From: Phoronis australis
Taxonomy: Eukaryota > Animalia > Phoronida
DNA: 64,000 nucleotides
Reading direction: 5' to 3'
Assembly: GCA_002633005.1 (NCBI GenBank)
Contig: NMRA01000092.1
Span: 188,493 to 252,492 of the forward strand
Part shown: positions 29,674 through 44,600 of the stretch, one piece after another
How positions within the stretch are numbered: the first letter of the stretch is position 1
How the letters are laid out: every line of letters begins with the position of its first letter
Notes under the pieces: model-generated
Databases searched by the model: none
Seen by the model: the letters and a program-made list of their open reading frames with translations, nothing else
What the model was told of the DNA's origin: nothing
Translations under genes and position numbers: made by a program

Positions 29674-32600
29674 CTACTCAACATGTACCATGTTAAAGTA
29701 CTTGTTTAGCAGTCTCCTGCGTGCACCCTTAATTCGGCAGACCATGTATTCTTGCACGAGCGAATGAACAAGTTGCAGCCCATGAACTTGATGCTCCAAC
29801 ACAGCCACCTCACAGTCAATCTCTCGACTACACACATTTAGTAGCCACGTGTATGATTGATGTCTCACGCCCTGATGCGCGGCTTCTTTGGTATCGTACA
29901 CAGTGTAGCGGTCGTAGCCACGTATCAAAGGCTTCAACAACCTCTTTATCATCTTTTTTTTCTGTTTACTAATGGATCGGTCGGATCTCTCGGCAGCTGT
30001 TTCACCACAGTCAGTTGTACGATCACCGTCATCGCTGTCTTCATCATTATTGGAGTCACTAGCGTAACTTGAACACGACCTGTAATGTGCCAAATGGAAA
30101 TATTGCAGCATTATTGAGATGACCTTAATTATTACCACAATCCAAACAGAAATTTGACTAAACAGATTGTTATTAACAAAATCTAAATAATTTCCAAATC
30201 AGTCTTGCAGGAATTAAGACAGCACAAAATACCAGAGAAGTATTAAAAACAAAAATTACTCTCTCAAGCAAAACCTTGATAAAGAGACAGTAATGTGCCT
30301 GAGTTTACAATATCATGCTTTGCAATGCATATACAGTAAAACGTGCTGAAGTTGGATCCAACCGAACAGAGACATTTCGTCTGAGTATGGCAAACTTGTG
30401 ACTTATCTGAAGGGCCGAGTGCACGGAGTGCTACAAATGTACCAATGAAGTTAGTCCACATTTAGCCAATATCGGACAAATGCATGTGCGAGTAACACAA
30501 ATTTTACATAACATGAAATGCAACTTGAAACAGATCCAACATGAAGATTGTCTCAATTACAGTTAACAAAACAAAAATCCCTTGAGTGTGAAGTGCAGGA
30601 AATAGATAACCTAGAAATCTCTTCACACACACTACCAGGCATTTTGATCAAATAAAACCATACTTGGCTACTGTATGACCAGAGAGTGGTTGTGATTCCA
30701 GCTTTTGAAGGAAAACGTCTTCATGCGTGATGTAAGTTATGGTAGTAAACGAGAAGTCTATATCCACCTCCCCCTCCCTGAAATAGAGAATACGGAACAG
30801 TTAGAAAAGGGCTATCAAATTAATTGCCATATGAACTATGGTAACCTCATCAGTGGTTCTCATTGCTTCCACAAGTACTCTCGAAACATTCACATCACAT
30901 GCGACACTAATCAAGTGAGCACTACGACAGTGGGAGACGAGATGCAAGACTCATTACAAACCAATGACCCACACTGTCTTCCCATTACAGAGGCTCACTT
31001 CACGAAACGACCGTAATTTCACGATGCTTTGTTACACACACAGTCTAAACATAGACTTATGACCAATCACCAATTTTGTTGTACATCTCTGTTTTGAAGT
31101 GGAAAAAAACGGTGTAAAGTTAATGTTAAAATTATAAACTGTATTATAAAGTTATAATAAGAAGTCGACTGCTTGCACGCACATCTGCTAATCTGCTAAA
31201 TTTCCAAAAGATCAATCATGTCATTTGGCACTAAGAGGAAGCACCACCAATGGATGAGTGATGTATAACCCTTGATACGATGATATTTGCCAAATGTCTT
31301 CAGATCCAGCAAGGAAAGAGGCAAGCACTGAAGAGTATGCAAAAAAGCTGTCACTAGGGAGTACAGCGGTACTTGGATCTATCTGCAAAACGCAGTGATT
31401 CGAACTTCCTGCTCAATCATATGTAACATAACATGATATAGCAGATATAGTTGTTTGTTGACCAATTTCTGTCAATCAAATCTAGCACCATGACTTCTTA
31501 CAATTGCAAACTGACCTTAACAAACTCTATGACTGGTCTTACAAATAGAAGATGAAATTTAAACCTGAAAAAATGGTGATCTAATATTTCAAATTTCTAA
31601 CATTTCCAAACAAATCCAACGCTGGAATTATCACTCAATGGGAAAGTTATTCCCGATAAATTCGCGCACAAACATCTTGGCTTGCAACTAGACCATAAGC
31701 TTACATTTACTTCTCATTGTCACGAACTCGTTCATATAGTACAAAAATTAATTAATCCAATTAGAATTATCTCTCGTCATCTCAACTCCATGCATCTTGA
31801 AACTCTGTTCAAGTCTTTTGTACTTCCACATCTAGATTACTGTGACATAATCTACCAATCGGCAAAAGCTGGCATACTTCTTCAAGTAGAAAGACTACAA
31901 TACCAAGCAGCTTTAGCCATAACAGGCGCATACAAAGGGTCCAGCACAATCAAGCTTCTAAATAGTCTCAACCGGAGCAAACTAGCAACCCGTTGTAAAC
32001 TCCACCTGTCCATGTATACATTCAAAGTCTTAACCAACATAAGCAATTACTCTAACAAAATCCTCTTTGACTCCTACGAATGACCAAGCACGAGACCAGG
32101 ACTGCGGCAAAGTAATATGCACACTATTCCATCTTCCATCAGCCAAGCCTTCAGGAGATCAACGATATTAACTAGTATTGACAACTGGAATTCCTTACCA
32201 TTCAAAAGAAAGAGCTTCAATCGCCACTCTCAAAAATAACTTTAAAATGCATACCACTACTAAAGACTTGCCAATCTCAAAAAATGTTCTGAAATTCCAC
32301 AATTGTACAACAAAATCAAGTTTTTTCTATATGGATGTCAAAAACCCAACCCAAATGAAAATAAGGTTTAATTTAAAATAGTATCAGAATTTCTTTATAG
32401 CATTAAATCTCTTTGTGTGAGTAGATAGAATTGTATACGTGTATGAAAATGAACTATTTACATTCATAATTATATCATTGTAATCTTAACATCAGTTTTT
32501 ATGTATTCATGTATTATAATTGTATATAGACTTCTTTGTATTTTTTAACCCAGATCTAATGCCTCTTGGCGCTTTCTGTGTTACGTATAGACACCGGTGA

Positions 32601-35600
32601 CCTTAAGTCGTGAATATAAGCATAATAAGTGCCGATTGTCATACTACCCAATGTCCGTTAGCAACTGCTCATGTGATGTCATGGACATATATCAGCCTTC
32701 ACAAATATACGGGTTTTGACAATCTTAATCCTTGTTTGTCTCCGTAAGCAGAGTTTTGAAACGGTCGCTGATATCGCCGGCCATTTTGAATGAGGCCCTA
32801 AAGTCGTGACCGTTTCGGTTAGACAGAAATACACGAAGTAAGACCACACAAGTCAACTACAGTGCGTACAGTTACTCTAGGTGACATAAAAATGCATTGC
32901 ACTGTTTATTAATTCAGTTGCAATTGAAATAAATTGTTATATGTTTTGCACCCAACTTTGATGTGCACAGACGTTTTCAATGAGGTTGTTCACGTAAAAC
33001 GCTAAGGACCCAGCATCAATTATCTCTCTGTATTTTATTGCTTTGACCTTACAAAACTTTACCGACCCTGGGACATTTTGATACATTGTTCAAGCTACCC
33101 CTGGAGCTCGTGTTTGAGTAAATCTGAACAATGAATATTTTCAAAAATATATCCCAAAAATGCTCAAAAAAGGGATTAGTGAAATATGCTGTTTTTAACA
33201 TACATTTGAAAAAAGAAGCCACTCACTCACTGTTTGTTATCATATTGTGAATACCAACACATCCGGGTGTTCGTTTGACGTTCGCAAGCAGACGAACGCT
33301 GGAAAATTCAATGCCAGATGTCGCGGGACCGCGCAGAAGAGGAAATAAGATCGTTCACGACTTTAGGGCACTCACGACTTTAGGACCTCTGACGGTATTC
33401 ATTGTATTCTGACGATTTCGTAATGAACATTAAAAAAAATCAAATCTAGCACAGCCAATCAGCTACTGACCTGGCGTCTACTTCTCTGATTGTCCCCTCA
33501 TCATCAGGCTCAGCAAGACACTGCATGGGATCATCTAACACCACCAAAGGGACTTCTGTGAGAGAAGTTGAGAATTCATTACAGCCAGATAGAACCTACC
33601 GCTACCTCCATCTAGTGTTGGGTCACAGGACTAGCATCTCCATCTAGTGTTTGGTCACAGAACTAGCAATTTCTTTTTGAATAATAAACATATGATTGGC
33701 TTCCAGTGCACAAAATGACACCTTAATTCTTAATGAAGAACGATGTGCATTAATATTTCATAAAAAAATTTAGCAGTTTAAATTGTTTGCAACAAAAGCA
33801 TATTAACACAAAACAGAGAAATGCTAGAAGGTAAGTCATGTGAGGTCACAATAAACAATGCTGGTAAGTCAAATCAACTGAAGAGAACAACAGTTACCTT
33901 GCTGGTCAGTTTTCTCTAGCTGCATCTTGAGTAAAGCACCTGAAAGGGGTCTCCTGAGATTTTCTCGAGTTTCAGGTCGAAATGCCAAATGTCTCTCTGA
34001 AAAAAGAGCACGTTCTAATCAGTAACGTAAACATAAAAACAGTTAATGCATATAGAACAGAAAATATTGATTAAAAAATGGCACTCAGCTACCAAAAGAA
34101 GGATACTGTGTAAAGGGAAAACAGTAAAGAAAATAAAGGTGCAAAGCAACTACTTAGTGATTTCTGGTATCAAAAGGTAGACCTGTCATAAATGATTATA
34201 AAACTGAGCTCCATTTTTTCTTCACTAGAACACAGTCCGGACTTCATATGAACTTACAAACTTATGACTGAGCTCAGTATAAAATGACTGGGATAGGAGA
34301 AGGCACATATGAGCCAAAAGTGATGCAGGTGTTTGCAGGATAAAAAAGGGACTAGTTACCAGACTGGAAGCTTAGGGAAGTTGCAATAATTACATATTCC
34401 CTCGGGAGTTATCTGGCTCAACACTCAACCATGAAGCACATGAAACCTACACACCAAAATGCACTGGAAAAAAATAAATACAACACAGAAAATACAGCCA
34501 CAAGAATATTCCATGAGAAACGGGTTAGAGCTAATCTCACCAGCATATTTTTGCCTCTACATCATGAAACTTGAAGCAAAACCGAGCAATTAAAAAATTT
34601 GCATCATTCCCTAACAAAAAGCAAGAATATTTTGTCTCTTTGCTTGTGCAAAATTCAAACCCACAAGGGCCAGTTCACACCTATGTATACCTGTAACGTT
34701 CTGAAAGTCTGAGTATCTGTTGCGCTCACTGGTCACTGTCTTGTGATACTCCAGCAGGGGAGACAAATCCGACAAGAACTTCACATCGCTAAAGACAAAA
34801 TGATTAAAACCAACAAGTAATAGTGATACCAAATCATCTGCAGCTAAATACTTACATGCCTTCAATAATCTTGTTCAAGCATTATTTAGCATGCCAAATT
34901 ATCATATTAAGCTCCGAATTATTACATAAAAGATATGAAAGTCCCATGTAGTGTCATCGTTTTACTCAATGTTTTGGGTAAACCCCTTTTATTGCATTTC
35001 GAGTAATCATTCCTAATTATACATGATAACATAGGCTACAGAATAAAGTTCAAAAGTAAGCTTCAATTGCAAAATTCAATGTCTCTAAAGCAATTCACTA
35101 CAGTTTGAATTTTGCAATTTTGGCTCGACTTTAGCAAGTCATACGTTTTTTAAAATTTACTTAAGCCACATAACACAACTAATGGTTCCTCCTCCAGCAA
35201 TCCCATCTAGTGTTTGGGCAGAGAACCTATTACGGCAAAATCTTAGCAATTTTAGAAACAATATGGCAGCCAAGTGAAATTAATTTTTTTCACAAAAGAT
35301 GAGTCACATCTGAAATTAATGCTTTTCTATATTCAAGTTTTATACCATAGCTACCACACCAACCCAACACAAATTTGTAGGCATTCCTAATGTCAGAAGC
35401 TCTTGAAAACTTAAAATACGGAAATTTTGACAATTACTTTTAATAAAAATTGTTGACATTATACTGTAAAAAACAAATGCTTCCACCGCACAAACTGAAT
35501 GTGGTTGAATCATGTAGACCAACTTACCCACTTAATATCAGATCTTAAAAATGCCAGAAATATTTCTGGTGTTCGGAGCAAATTGAGACCAATTTGATAG

Positions 35601-38600
35601 GGTTAAATTGTTTAATTCAAAAGTTCAAGTTCTGTTTTGAATACAGCTAATAACTGGTGTATTGATTATTATGTATTGCAAAACAGAGCATTGTTAACAG
35701 AGTGAGATAAGGGAAAACAAGAGCAATAGCCATGAGCTTACCTTGCTGATCTAGGAAGTTGAATATTCCTTTGAAAACTGTTCTCCGTAATCTTGGTACG
35801 TTTCTTCATATACTCTACCCAGTCATCCCAAATGAACAGTCGAGGCTCTGAAATGAACAGAATATAAGTAACACAGAGTCTTCGTGAGGTAAACAGCGGG
35901 AATTTTGCTGTTTCAACTGCACTCGGCAAACAAAAATGCAAAGACGAAAATAACAATTTAATGTACAAAATTAAACAAAATTTTAGACAAAATGACTCTA
36001 AAAGTTGCTACATAATATAACATATGTAAAGGCGTATGTAAATATGAAAGTATTGTAAAAAAGGAAACGTTAAATTTTAATTAATACCTTAACATCAACA
36101 CAGACCTTCAAATATCACAGTTTTATTTTTGACTAATGAAGTCTTGGATAAAACCAGCCGATAAAAACAGAATGAGCGTCATTAATTTTGGTGATAAAGA
36201 AACACTTGGCACACAAGGTGAATAAGAGACAAAGGTTAAAGGTTCTCCACTACTAGTAAGAGTTATGAAGAATGGAGTAGCAGCTAACATGGCAATGATT
36301 ATTGTTTTATGTACTTCCATTTGCATAATGAATTAACTACTGACAGAATGAAAAATTCAAGTAATGATCATAACTTCCACAATGATTGCAATCTTGTATG
36401 ACGAACATGAACTTCCCGAAGATATATTTAGAAGCAAAAAGGATCACTGCAGAAAGTAAGTGCCTTTTTAGGTGTCAGGTGTAGAATATATTTTTGATGA
36501 GGTGAAAACTTAATCAGTGAGCGGATTTTGCCTACCGTCCGTTAAAATACATGGGACGAAATTAGTACAGAACGCGATGGAACATATTGTAGTGCGAATC
36601 TGAATTTCATTTGCCATAACAGCAATGCTTGTTTGCCATTTTTCACACTAAAATATTAAAAACTCAAAGTAAACAACAGAATACACTCTGCTACTGTATC
36701 GGGCAAATAGCCAAACGACAAGCTTTTGCCCCATTTCCGGTGACGTCACAGTTAAGTCTCACATAATCTCGCGTTATTGTTATAAACTCGCAAAAGGGCT
36801 ATTCGCTTACCTTGCTTTGTTAACTGCGCAATCCTGCGACCATACTGTGACAACTGCCTAAAAGACAAAAATAGACATGACTAACATACTACACCAACTT
36901 CAAATCTAACAGAAGGCTAGCACTCGATAACCCCACACTCAAGCTAGCAATATCATAGCCTCGTTTACATGATGGTGTCTACAAAGCCAAGTGTATATTT
37001 ACACTCGAGTGTGTATTTACATACAGTGTGTACTTTTGCCATAAACTCCAATACACTCGGGTGTATGGCTAAATTCTTGTGTGTAACTACATCACCTCCA
37101 TAGGTGGAGAATAAACTGCAATCTTAGGTTCGCAACCTAAAATATTTCAACGTTCTAGTGTGACCCAGCTGATCTGTTTTCCATATTTAGAAAATACAAC
37201 GTCATGTGACCTCGAGATGATATCAAGTTATTGTTGTCAATAAAGCCAATTAGCGTTATCCTTATTTGTCTATGTGCTTCTTTACCCAAATTATCAGGAC
37301 AAAAAAGGGATAAAGTCACAATCAACCATGACAACTAGGGCAAGTATGGACTCAGATATACAACTTGCAACTCTAGTATGCTTGTGTCACATGCGTTCCA
37401 AGTTCTGTTCTTCGTCGTCGGATACTGATTAGTGTTATGCAGTATTACCTTTCAGTTTGATCGTTAAGCCCTAGGGTTAGTTTCAGTAACAACACAACAT
37501 ATGCCATAGCAATAGCTTCGTAGTCTGGTACAACAGCCTTCAAACGATCAGGTGTAAACGACACAACAGGCACATGGTCTTGAAAAAGACGATTCATCAG
37601 ATGGTGAAACTCGCCTGAAATGTAAGAATAGCTGCCTGAAAGACATAGGAATCCAGGCACTGACGTGTCATGTGACTTAGCATGTGATCAACAGTACAAA
37701 CCCTACTGTCCCGAAGTCCTCGCGATGAAGAAGCAACGTAGCTAACTCTATCGGTAAGTCCAGTACTTGATTAATTCTTTCTAACTTGACTGGATTACTG
37801 ACAGTATTCATCATATTACCAGGCATACAAAGTTCTGTCACACACTAAGCTTGATCAGACTAGTTTATGGAGTACACTTTAAAATTCACTTCCACTTATC
37901 TTATACTGTAACAGTAGAATCTCCTTTAACGTTGCATGAAGCAAACTAGCACGTTGTGCCAAGGCATAGGTAGTGTCAGTGATCAGTAAAATATACATTA
38001 TAGACAGACCAATGGGGAACACAGCATTACGATTATTGACAGTGATACTAATCGCTATCCCATGAAACTGCTTGAAACCATTCACATTCAGTGTTTGGGA
38101 ACGCCCTCACTCAATATACAGGTTACCCATTTGTCATTGGCACTGTTACACTGAGTAGTGATTCGCTGAATGCTAGACAATCCTGGTATTTTTACGTGTT
38201 TTGGAATTTCCTGTTATATTGTAACTGTAGCTATCTTAACATTCATTCTCTGAATGAAGCTTGGCAATGGTGGATGTTTTAACAGCGAAACATGTCGATA
38301 CATTTTAGAAAAGTTGTTGTCTTCATTCAAACATTATAATACAACGGCAAAACCTGACTCCTGAAAATTTGCAAAAGACAAAAACATTCATTAGATATCG
38401 CCTTAAGAAGTGTGATTAGTGAAGTAACACTATTATCATTCATAAAAATTTCTTAATGTTGTGAAATATTTCGATTTCAGTCAGCCAATTACTGTTTTGG
38501 CACTTAGACAGGAATGAAATAGAAGCACCAACACTGGAGGCAGTGGCAGCAACATCTAACGTGTCCACCAAACGACATCTAACGTGTCCACCAAATGACA

Positions 38601-41600
38601 TCTGAAGTGTCCATCAAATGACATCTGACATTTTCACCAAATGACATCTGACGTGTCTATCAAATGACATCTAACGTGTTCACCAAATGACATCTGACGT
38701 GTCCACCAAATGGCAACTAACGTGTCCACCAAATGACATCTGACGTGTCCACCAAATGACATCTAACGTGTTCACCAAATGACATCTGATGTGTCCCCCA
38801 AATGACAACTGACGTTTTCACCAAATGACATCTGACGTGTCTATCAAATGACAACTGACATGTCTATCAAATGACAACTGACGTGTCCACCAAATGACAT
38901 CTGACCTTTCCACCAAATGACGTCTGACGTGTCCACCAATTGACATCTGACATGTCCACCAAAGGATGACATTACCAAGCTAACAGTACATGCAATAAGT
39001 AACCAGACAAACTGTTTCTCCCATCATGAGACTAATTTCCTTTACACTGTCTACAAAAGAGATGGTAGTGACTCGCTGATTCTACAAAGTCTGAATTATT
39101 GAATTTCCAAGTTAAAGTTTCTTCTCGCCATTAGCTTTCTGTTAACTCCACTCTCATTTCTGATCACGACAAACAGTTACAAAGACACTGAATTTTGCTT
39201 GCTCTCAACTGTCTTCACAGGAGATTAATTAAACGTGACTACAGACCTAACGACAGTATCTACAACAGCCAATGTCTGAACAAAGTTACAATGTACCTGG
39301 GAGATTCAATTTCACAATGAATTTTGAGGCCAGTTTGCGTAAGTCCACTGGCTGCAGTGTTCCGAGCTCAAGCAGGAGACTCATCTTACCACACAGCCTT
39401 CGTAAAGTGTCTGATGTTGGAATAGGCTAGGAGTTAAACAGATGGACAATGGTGTTAAAGAATTATTGAAAAAAACAGTGTCCATAAAGTGGCAAAATGT
39501 ATAGCGGGGATGGGGGGGGGGGGGTGCNGCCAAAGTACCCTCCTGACAGCTCATTTTGTGTCTCATCTGCACTTTGCATGGCTACTAAGTCATCATGTAT
39601 TAGTACGAGAACTTGAAGGGCATCGACAATTATCATAAGCAAGAATTATCATTCTTCTTACACATCATACGTTGGTTATATCACATGGTATCTAAGAGAA
39701 TCAACAATTCTTATCTATACCATTTATAACACCACAATTATACATAGTTACAATAAGTTTCACATTTGCCAGTGGCATTAGGTCACAATCAACAATTCTT
39801 ATCTATACCATTTATAACACCACAATTATACATAGTTACAATAAGTTTCACATTTGCCAATGGCATTAGGTCACAATCAATAACCAACACTTCAAAATAA
39901 TGAAACATTTAGAGCTTTGCATTGTATTTTTACCAGTATGTTTCCAAGAATTACAATTTGCATTTTTAAAATTCAAAAAAAAAAACAAAAAGTAATAAGC
40001 GAGCTTCAAGCTAATCTTGTTATGATAAAAAATGTGTGCATATCTGATACTCACTGCGAAGCAGAAGTGCGACCAGTCAAACCTACTGAACTTCATGTCT
40101 TCAGGAAACAGCTTGTGTGCTTTTATATACGGCACTTCTCCACTTTTGAGCCAACTGAAATTTACCAAGCGGTGACAGTGACAATACCGCAACACGCACA
40201 CAACAGGCCACGTAAAGAAAATTTTGAAACCTCTGAACACTATTTACTACGTTTTTGACAGGAAACTACAATGTCTATGTGATCATAAAATCAAGACAAC
40301 TGAACATGCAGACACAAAAAGTGGATTTAACAGGTAGACAGCAAACAGCTAGTATTGATTCAAATTGTGATTGCCAAGAGAGAAAACAATTATAAGTTAC
40401 CAAACTAATGCTGTATACAGGATTCAATTAACTCTGATAGATGTCACTAGGGTTAATGGACCAAATACGCAACAAATTAAGACCATTCTTATTAAGCAGT
40501 ACAAAGGGTAAGTAATCCTGTACATCACAATTAGTAAATAAAACTTGACATATGACATTACACTTGCAATTAGAAGTCCTCACATGACCAATCGAAAAAT
40601 AGGAAAAAACACAAAACTTGCCGTATAAACTCCGACGTTGTGGTCAAGGGATTAGTGAACATCAAGCCCAGGTAAGAGAAACACGTGGTCATCATCATGG
40701 TCATTGTCTTGAGTTCTGCTCTGCGATGTTTAGAATCTTTGCCCTGTAAATACAAACCACACAGTCACAATAAAGTGACACTTGCAGTATTGTACATTGA
40801 TTGTTGAACAATTGAAATCTCAAGACTAGCAGCAACAACAACAGCTTCATGTTCAGCATGATATTGGGTAGGAGTCACTCACAGGAGTACCGCATTTTGG
40901 GAACCAGTTTTGTCCACTGAAGAACAAGCATCAACTGGTTCCAAAAACCTGAAACCCCAGTAGTGCATGATATTGTATACAGTCTGAGATAAGCTCAATG
41001 CTCTGTTAGCGCAATCATTTATAGCAATATGTCTGTTTAGTGCAAAGCAATAATAGCGCCCTTCCCAAATTCGGCTTTTTCCTCACCAACATGCATAGCT
41101 GTTTTACAGCTCTGATGTTAACAGATTGCTTTAAAGCCGATACAGACCAATCTTCTGTCAAAAACCCATCTCTTGATTTAGCACCCGTTACCTTTACCAA
41201 ACTGGTCTCGACTTTTGATAGAAGACATCTGGGTTTGGAAAGCAGTGACTGTTTAGTATTGTTTGACACCCGACGTAAGAAGTAGCCTTATTAAGGCAGG
41301 TCATTTCATGGCAGTAGCATGGTCTCAAGCAATAGCGAATAATGACTAAACCCATCTGGTAAAATTGCCTCCATCTTCAGATTGAATTACAGTTGCTTGT
41401 GAGCATAGATAGACCGAGACTGGTTATCACTTGACTTTGTATACGTATAGCGGGGCGACCATTTTGTTGAGTGGAAATGAGTTTTATGGACCATGCAAAC
41501 CACCGGGTCGTTCTTGATTACATAGGTACCAAATGCTTGTATTTTTATACCCTTTCCAGTGACATATTCACTTTCGGGATATTTTGAAATTAAAATGAAA

Positions 41601-44600
41601 ATGAAAATCCACTTAAGTCCTTAATTAAAATTAAAGCACCCTGCTAATAATGCTCAACGTATTTTTGTTTTATTTGTAGTTCCTATTTTAAGTATTTTGT
41701 ATTTAATGTACTGAAGCCCCCTATCCGCCCAGAGCCACGCTGGTGTGCTTACAGTCAGCTTCCATATAACAATATGGTGCCACATGAGCCATGTGCTTGC
41801 ACAGCTATTTATAGTTAGTGTCCAACCTCTCTACATATAGCTATGCTTGCAAGACTGGTGTGTGTGAACTTGGAATCCTGTTTTATCTCAAGATCGCGTA
41901 AGCATGAACTTGGAATTAAATATTCATTTGGGCAATCATGTGAAATTTTTTGTTCAGTGTAAAGAATTTTTGAAATTATTGGCCTCATAATCACCCATTT
42001 TCTCCTAGAGCATAACTTGTGTCAAAGAATCGGAGGAATATGTGAAAGTAATCAATTACTTTTTGGTGAATAACTTCGCCAATAGTTAAAAAAAGATTGG
42101 TTAAAATTTACATTATTTTATTGACAACTATGTAATTAGATTTAGTGCAGTGCAAATTCTTATCAACGTGAACGTGAGTATTTGAGTGAACTTGCCAAGT
42201 TTTGGTGTTTATTCCAAGTTCACGCATACGTGATCTTGAGATTAAGCAAGATTCCAAGTTCAGGCACAACAACACTACATACTTTCGCCGGCTGCCCTAA
42301 GTTCCAGTCAGCAGGCTCGTCACTGTCGCTTTGTGATTGGCTACCCTCAGGAGAGGCGCATCGTCTCCTCTTCTTGGTCATTGGTTTACCAACATTACGA
42401 ACGTATCTATTTCTGTAACAACACAGTCATATTACGCACGCTACAATAACATTGACAAAGCGGAGAATACTTGTTATGGAAGAATGTGAATTTTGAACAC
42501 AAATCACCAGTTTTCACCGAACAAGGGCGGGCAATAAAACTTTTGTTTAGCATAAACATACCTCGTTGTTTCCCACACTGTACTCTTCTCCGACTCGTCA
42601 CAAAATGCCACACCGACTTTGGACAGATAAAGTGACCACAGTTGAAACACCACTCTCTACAATTAAAGAACGAAAACACAGACAAGAATGGTAGTTCTTC
42701 ACCATAACACAAACGGCAGTCAAGTGAAAGTAAATGGTCTACAAACATTTTTTTTTGGTCTCTCGTTAACTTAATTTGTAACGAGTAGACACCACAAAAA
42801 ATTTGATGAAATTATCGTTTTTTCCTTTGAATATCATTTCGTGGTGACCATCAACATTTATACGGAGAGCAAAAACTGATGCGTGTACATTGCAGAGCAT
42901 AAATTTGTGGGACATGTGTCAGTCAATCCAAGACGTGACATAGGTGATCGTCTGCTCAATAAGTAGGCAGAGAAAACCATCAGCTAAACTTACCATCAGC
43001 TCTCCTCTTGAAGCAGCTACGAACTGTCTATAAACCCACCTTTGGTTACAAAAAACAACTTTTGACCGTTTGACCGAGACCACTAACTATTGCTTAGTCA
43101 ATAGAGATGTGATTTCTGGGCTTGAAAAGACCCACCAGTTCATTATTGTTTGAGACGAGGCTCTACAAGACAACTTACCATGGTGTGTCATATTTTATTT
43201 GCAACAACAAACTGTCATCTGAGTAAGGAAACAGACGAGATCAATTTCACGGAGTCAAATGGTCTAAATCAAACTTAGATTCGTCTACATAATGAGGGCT
43301 AATAACTGCTGTAAGATTTCTTGGTTTCCTATACCCATTACCAACATGAATTCGACATCATCGTTCAGTAGGGACAGGTCTATTGATTTGTCTGAAATTG
43401 GCTGATCAGTTTCAAACAATCCTTCATACATACAATATCGAGGGGAGGATCCAGGATTTTGAGTTAGTGTGGGCCAGGGCAGAGTATTAGCCACCAAATG
43501 GAAACTGGGAGAATTTTAGGGGGGGGGGCATGGCCCTCCTCGAAATCCGCCACTGATATCTCATGCAATTTCTGTAAAATCAAGGTGAAGGGGATTAAAT
43601 TTATACGAGAGACAAAGACTGATATTTAAAAGATGTTCCAACTAATACAGTTTATATGTGTAACTCAATTTCAGAGTTCTCAATGAAAACAAACTGCAGA
43701 GTCTTAGTCTTTGAAAATTAAGAAAATGCTTGACGAATAGTTTATCATGCGCACCAAAGTGTTCCTTACCTCTAAATCATTGCTGGCTCCTAGTTGGATT
43801 AAAGCCTTCACTTGGTTCAGAATAACGATCTGAAAACCTTCATATGTTGTCCAAGGACGGCCCTCCTCCACTGAATTAAGCAAAGATAAAACAAGGCCAA
43901 GAATGTACAGAAATGTCACAAAAACCTATTGAGCAAGTACAGTCAAGATAAAACTGTACATTGCGTAGCAAATTATTCCAGAAAATAAATGTTTGCAAAA
44001 ATGAGACTTTAAGAGTGACAGACTAGGCACAGCAAGAACAAATCTTACTTTACACCTATTGTGGAGACCTAAGGGGGCCATTCGAAATTGCCCTTCACGA
44101 ATGTACAACTGGGAACTGGTTAAGGTTTACTGCAAGCGTACATTTATGATTACTAAAAATGGTGACGCCAAACACAAAAGACACTATTAATAACAGCATG
44201 GGATAAAACAAAAAGCACCAAAAAAGAACATCACAGACTTTTTCGTAGCAAAACCAAATGTGTGGTTTCATGAGCATTTTGAAGCCTTCCTCAAATGGTT
44301 TTTTGTAAAATTCTGAATGTAATGACCTATGGTAAATGCCTAGCAACGTAAGAAAATGCAATTGAAACACTCAAACACAAGCACTTGAAATGGCAGGAGA
44401 CATAGCGTTTTCACACGGTGTTGTGTCACCCCTAGAATAAAGGAAACAAACTACTGTACACTTGTTCACGGAAGGTATTTGAACAACTTTACTGTTCGTG
44501 ATGATGTAGAAAAAATTCAGGAAAAAAAAGCCTATTAAGTATTAACCGTTCATTACATTTGGCAGTTTATACATTACAGTAATTAGAATCACGCTTTAAC

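Noticed and set aside
33590-33670. Duplicated ccatctagtg resembling a CTCF motif
   Set aside because: Only a partial match within a short local duplication; it cannot be supported from sequence alone.
38551-38963. Regular 23-bp repeats as a possible CRISPR array
   Set aside because: The units are head-to-tail without unique spacers, there are no cas genes, and the repeats lie in a eukaryotic intron.
41192-41290. Possible extra TAF1B exon within ORF 41015-41269
   Set aside because: Its phase-1 start is incompatible with the phase-0 upstream exon, and it shows no TAF1B similarity.
42994-43027. Possible TAF1B micro-exon TVRSCFKRRAD with a strong GTAAGT donor
   Set aside because: Its 34 nt would frameshift between two exons that already join in phase 0. 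It could only be an unproductive exon, and there is no support for it.
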